DNA of 64,000 nucleotides from an uncultured Acidobacteriaceae bacterium (lineage in GTDB: Bacteria; Acidobacteriota; Terriglobia; Terriglobales; Acidobacteriaceae). Under the pieces are notes generated by a model. The model saw nothing but the letters and a program-made list of their open reading frames with translations. It made no database searches and was not told the DNA's origin. The stretch's first letter is position 1, and each line of letters begins with the position of its first letter. The stretch lies in assembly GCA_963738905.1 (NCBI GenBank), contig CAVTYG010000007.1:36034-100033 (forward strand). Direction: 5' to 3'. Positions 60,904-64,000 of the stretch are shown piece by piece. The position numbers and the translations under genes are program-made.

Positions 60904-62811
60904 TTACTCAATGATAGGAACCGTTACAAAAACAATCTTGCCAAGCAGCGTGATGTTATACCCGAGCCGATAGATCCACGCGTCGGAATCATTAACCGCG
61001 AGGTCCGCGTTGACTCCAGTGAAAATGTTATTCACTGCTTGATTAGTAAGGGCGTCCGTTCCGGTTTCGAAATGATTGGGACGCCAGTCATCCACGGCAA
61101 AGCCAGCGTTTATCGATTGCGCCTGATCGAAAACTGAACCAAGCGACACGAATGGCGACCATTCTTCGAGCGAAAATCGTACCCAATAATCCTGTCCCAC
61201 CACGCCGGGCGGACGCGGGATCGAATACTGATTGATCGCCCAGTTCAACGGCCCTGAAGTCGCGGTCGGATCGTCAGGCCCTGCCATATCGGGCATGAAC
61301 GATACCGTTTGATGGTTCCACGATCCGCTGTTGTCTCCCCTCTGGTTCGCGATCACGACGCCCGATAAAACCAGCAGCCATTTTTGATCGTGGATGGTCT
61401 TCGGTCGAGGCTCGCCTACGGCGAGCGCCGCTGGCGTGATCAGCCAATTCTGGCCGGCAAATTCTGTCAGGAATTTCATAGAGTTGAACTTTCGATACCG
61501 GAGCAGCGCCCCGTGGTTATCAACGCGTAGGTTAGGTGCGGTTGCATTCGGCGGATTCGGGTTAAAGACAGTATCGCGAGCGCGCGTCCACACCCAGGGA
61601 TCGAACTGCGCAAACGGAATCCAGCCCGCGCATTCCACGTTTTCACTTCCATCGCCGCCCCCGCCCCCGCTTATGTCATCGGTGAGCGAGTTATCACTCC
61701 AAACAATACGAAGGAATGTGTTCGCGAAGCGAGCGCCCATCGACGGATCGAGCGGAATTCGTTCGGCCCGTCCCGCGTTCGCGAGCAACTCGTTGAGCCG
61801 TACCTGGTTCTCCAGAATCACCGCCAGGCAGCCAAGCTCGAACTGCGCGTGCGGGGTATCTTCGGCGCGGGCTTTGAACAATTGCTGGTCCCACTCGTAG
61901 TAGGGAGTGAGATCGCCGAGAGTCTTCGGACGAAGATTGGAATTTCGGAACGCAACATTTTTCGCGATCACCAGCGGAAGTTCGACGGTCGCCGTCTGCA
62001 GACGATCCGGTGTCGCGTTTGCCGAGGCGCGATACAGGTTGCTGTTCGCCGCCAGGGCCAACTCCGCGAGCGCCTTCATCATCGCGAGGTTCTCGTTAAA
62101 GGCGATGGAATTTACCGGCATCTGCTCGCTGGCTTGTGTTTGGTAGTCGCCGCAGTTTCCGGCCCCGTTGTCACACGTAAGGGTGCTGTAGGCCGGCGGC
62201 GTGATGTAGTAGGCGAACGGATCATTGTCGGCAAGGTGCAGCTCGGATTGAAAATCCTCGTAGGTTTCGAATGCCCCGTCGATGAGAGTGATCGCTTGAT
62301 CGGTGAATTGCGAATAGCGGAGCGGATTATCGGCCACTCGCCGCGCGAACGCCGCCATCGGGTAAAGAAACAGACCCGACACCGAGACATCCGTGTTCCA
62401 TCGGCAATCACGATCAAATGTTGGCGAGCCCCAGGACTTCATCACGCGACCCCGCGACGGATCTGCTGGAAAGCCCCGCTTATCGTCTCGATTCGCCAGT
62501 AACGCACACGCGATCGCGCCCAGCCGGCTGAGGTAAGGCAAGGCCTGGTCCGGTTCGATCGATGCCACCAGGTCGTAAACCTGGACCAATGCCGACGTCA
62601 GTTGGCCGTACCCACCCCATGAGGGCGCGGTGTACGGTGGATCATCCTTCGACGACTGCGGGCACGGGGTAAAGGCGGATGGATCGAAGGACGCAGTGAC
62701 CCGGATCGCTTCGTTCGCGTCATTGTCCTGGAAATAGCCTGAGCCAGTGAAGAAAGTATTGGCGTCGTTGAGGATGGTCGCAGTGTCGTTCGCGTCCCCG
62801 ATATACGGCAT
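60904..62811 (-). CDS. large hypothetical protein (635 aa), no recognised domain and no signal peptide
   Basis: Long ORF of ordinary composition with a GGGGGDGS linker around residue 400. An in-frame TGA lies 18 codons upstream of the ATG. Confidence 0.65.
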   Translation of the reverse strand: MPYIGDANDTATILNDANTFFTGSGYFQDNDANEAIRVTASFDPSAFTPCPQSSKDDPPYTAPSWGGYGQLTSALVQVYDLVASIEPDQALPYLSRLGAIACALLANRDDKRGFPADPSRGRVMKSWGSPTFDRDCRWNTDVSVSGLFLYPMAAFARRVADNPLRYSQFTDQAITLIDGAFETYEDFQSELHLADNDPFAYYITPPAYSTLTCDNGAGNCGDYQTQASEQMPVNSIAFNENLAMMKALAELALAANSNLYRASANATPDRLQTATVELPLVIAKNVAFRNSNLRPKTLGDLTPYYEWDQQLFKARAEDTPHAQFELGCLAVILENQVRLNELLANAGRAERIPLDPSMGARFANTFLRIVWSDNSLTDDISGGGGGDGSENVECAGWIPFAQFDPWVWTRARDTVFNPNPPNATAPNLRVDNHGALLRYRKFNSMKFLTEFAGQNWLITPAALAVGEPRPKTIHDQKWLLVLSGVVIANQRGDNSGSWNHQTVSFMPDMAGPDDPTATSGPLNWAINQYSIPRPPGVVGQDYWVRFSLEEWSPFVSLGSVFDQAQSINAGFAVDDWRPNHFETGTDALTNQAVNNIFTGVNADLAVNDSDAWIYRLGYNITLLGKIVFVTVPIIE

Positions 62812-63030
62812 AAATCGATGCGCCCGTCTGGCCTCGTAAGCGGCGCCATCATTATATTGGTTCGACCGTCAAAGCGCCGCCGGGTGGCCCATAATCGCCT
62901 GACGTTGGCCGCGCAAATCCGCGGATGCCCCATGCAACCTTCCTTTGGATGCGTGGGGATTTTGACTGTTGCCGGACCGCGTGCCTGACCTTGGCGATCG
63001 TGAGGGTTCGGCCGCGGCGCCTCTTTCTTC

Positions 63031-63174
63031 TCAGTGCCTCCGTGTCTCTGTGTCGAGGTCCTACCGCCTCATAGCACGAGCCCAGCCTGCAACCTGCCAG
63101 CTCCAGTCTCTTCCTCTGGAGCATACCGCCCCACTGCCACTACACTATTCATGCCATCTCTGTGGTGAAGACGG
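63031..63174 (+). repeat. two degenerate copies of the CTCTGTG.. dispersed element (63031-63055 and 63151-63174)
   Basis: TCAGTGCCTCCGTGTCTCTGTGTCG and ATGCCATCTCTGTGGTGAAGACGG, aligned by eye. Confidence 0.45.
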
Positions 63175-63302
63175 ATTTTCCCAAATCGGGAACCTCCCCC
63201 GAAATTCCTCACAAAGTCCTTGCATTCTTCCCGCACACTTTGTAACGCTCATAACGTGGGGGCATAGTTCCCGCATGCGTACGACTTTGCTGTTGTCTTC
63301 TT

Positions 63303-63358
63303 AACTGGCAACTGGCAACTGGCAACCGGAAACTGACGACTGACGACTGAACACTGGA
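63303..63358 (+). repeat. eight-unit heptanucleotide tandem array AACTGGC x3, AACCGGA, AACTGAC, GACTGAC, GACTGAA, CACTGGA
   Basis: Read directly. It ends 5 nt before the ATG at 63364, and the last unit contributes the GGAGG. Confidence 0.9.
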
Positions 63359-63363
63359 GGTTT

Positions 63364-63675
63364 ATGTCCTACCCCACCTGCAACCATTCCAAGCAAGATG
63401 GCGCCCTCTGTGGTTCCCCCGCCCTTCGCGGCAAGAAACTCTGCTTCTACCATCACCGCGATCACCAGCGCCAGAGATATGCGGAATGGATCCTCCGCCT
63501 CAACGATCCTCTCCGGCCCAGCGCCCCGCTCCCTAAGAGTCTCCCCGAAATGCAGTTCAGACTTTATGAGGTCGCGACGGCTCTGGCTGACGACAGCCTC
63601 CATCTCCGGCGCGCCGCCAAGCTGCTCTACGCCCTTCAGGAGGCGTCGATATCCCTTCGCAAGGCTGAGAGTTGA
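63364..63675 (+). CDS. small Cys/His-motif protein
   Basis: 103 aa; N-terminal C-x9-C-x10-C-x2-HH pattern (CNHSKQDGALCGSPALRGKKLCFYHH), then a helical tail. Confidence 0.5.
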   Translation: MSYPTCNHSKQDGALCGSPALRGKKLCFYHHRDHQRQRYAEWILRLNDPLRPSAPLPKSLPEMQFRLYEVATALADDSLHLRRAAKLLYALQEASISLRKAES

Positions 63676-63807
63676 CCATGCAACTCCTTATGGCTGACGA
63701 CTTTACGTATAACTTCCACGCGCTCAACTACTTGAGCCACGAAGTCTCTATCTCCCGGAAAACAAGTCGCTTGCAGGTAGAGGGAGGGGGTCCTACGCCG
63801 TCCAAAC

Positions 63808-64000
63808 CTACGTCCCGACGTATCTGGCATACAAGCTGCGTGCGATGGCGGTATCGGTGGTGCCTTTGATAATGGCCCGGCCATCAGGGAAGAGGGTCAT
63901 CTCGTAGGGGTCATGCCAGAACTTCAGCACGAACTCGTTATGTTTGACCTGGCCATGGGGGGTGAGGCGGCGTGTGATCTCCTCGAAATCGACGGGGCGT
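63808..64000 (-). CDS. C-terminal 63 codons of a gene entering from the right edge; possibly a ThiF/MoeB-family (E1-like) adenylyltransferase C-terminus
   Basis: Manual translation: ..RPVDFEEITRRLTPHGQVKHNEFVLKFWHDPYEMTLFPDGRAIIKGTTDTAIARSLYARYVGT*. The family assignment is from memory of similar C-terminal tails and is weak. Confidence 0.4.
   Translation of the reverse strand, partial: RPVDFEEITRRLTPHGQVKHNEFVLKFWHDPYEMTLFPDGRAIIKGTTDTAIARSLYARYVGT

Noticed and set aside
60790-62894. 13-nt direct repeat GGTGGCCCATAAT at 60790-60802 and 62882-62894, flanking the 635-aa orphan gene, as possible att sites or a target-site duplication
   Set aside because: By a rough estimate (N squared / 2 / 4^13), an exact 13-mer pair is expected by chance tens of times in 64 kb. 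No integrase or transposase is nearby, and the flanks beyond the 13-mer diverge quickly. I note it only as a weak hint.
63303-63358. Whether the tandem arrays could be a CRISPR array
   Set aside because: The units are 7 nt, directly adjacent with no spacers, and no cas genes are present. They are simple tandem repeats.

Overview
The window is a GC-rich bacterial chromosomal segment that is almost entirely core or housekeeping genes. I found no rRNA, tRNA, CRISPR array, transposase, integrase or phage gene by eye. An origin in Acidobacteriota is only an inference, based on many Ser/Thr-kinase/TolB-type, ECF sigma and PRC-cytochrome-type genes plus characteristic intergenic repeats.

Recognisable blocks:
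- **1-5661 (minus):** a lysine/aspartate-branch operon, aroK-asd-lysC-dapB-dapA-dapD.
- **6131-13275:** recO, glyQ-glyS and ppdK.
- **14184-19657:** msrA, a GH16 glucanase, an orphan OppC-type permease, an HDAC-family deacetylase and ffh.
- **20087-22323 and 57525-59533:** two ECF sigma/anti-sigma pairs.
- **22566-28489:** a detoxification-type cluster (VOC, two SDRs, Zn-ADH, alpha/beta hydrolase, amidohydrolase).
- **28514-33236:** a PDZ-membrane-GAF-PP2C phosphatase, rnhB and ispG.
- **34899-42986:** an M48 peptidase, a beta-helix protein, an MBL hydrolase, a TPR protein and a Ser/Thr kinase with a TolB-like propeller.
- **42989-47300:** the conserved envelope/isoprenoid block rseP-dxr-cdsA-uppS.
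- **47400-51859:** a lipid-modification-like operon (MFS, CFA-synthase-like methyltransferase, GGR-like FAD oxidoreductase, PNPOx).
- **52007-57518:** a GYD protein, two unknown helical proteins, a heptaheme cytochrome, a PRC-type dihaem cytochrome and a metallophosphoesterase.
- **59560-64000:** a lower-GC, repeat-rich right end with orphan ORFs.

Main observations:
- **ORF-breaking lesions.** Eight lesions interrupt otherwise intact conserved genes. One is an in-frame TAG in glyQ that lies inside a heptanucleotide tandem repeat. The other seven are single-base frameshifts in aroK, ppdK, the multihaem cytochrome (two), the metallophosphoesterase (two) and an anti-sigma factor.
- **Small repeat families.** Four families recur: 7-nt tandem arrays, a CTCCGTGCCTCTGTGGTGAA element sitting just 3' of stop codons, GGTGCCCCA-hairpin elements, and GC-stem hairpins with TTYA loops.
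- **Candidate uncharacterised functions.** These are the methyltransferase/FAD-reductase pair, a 635-aa orphan protein, and a fragment plus small secreted protein cassette.

All protein calls rest on motif recognition by eye in the supplied translations or my own manual translations. No database search was possible. I found no clear, self-contained novel multi-gene system.
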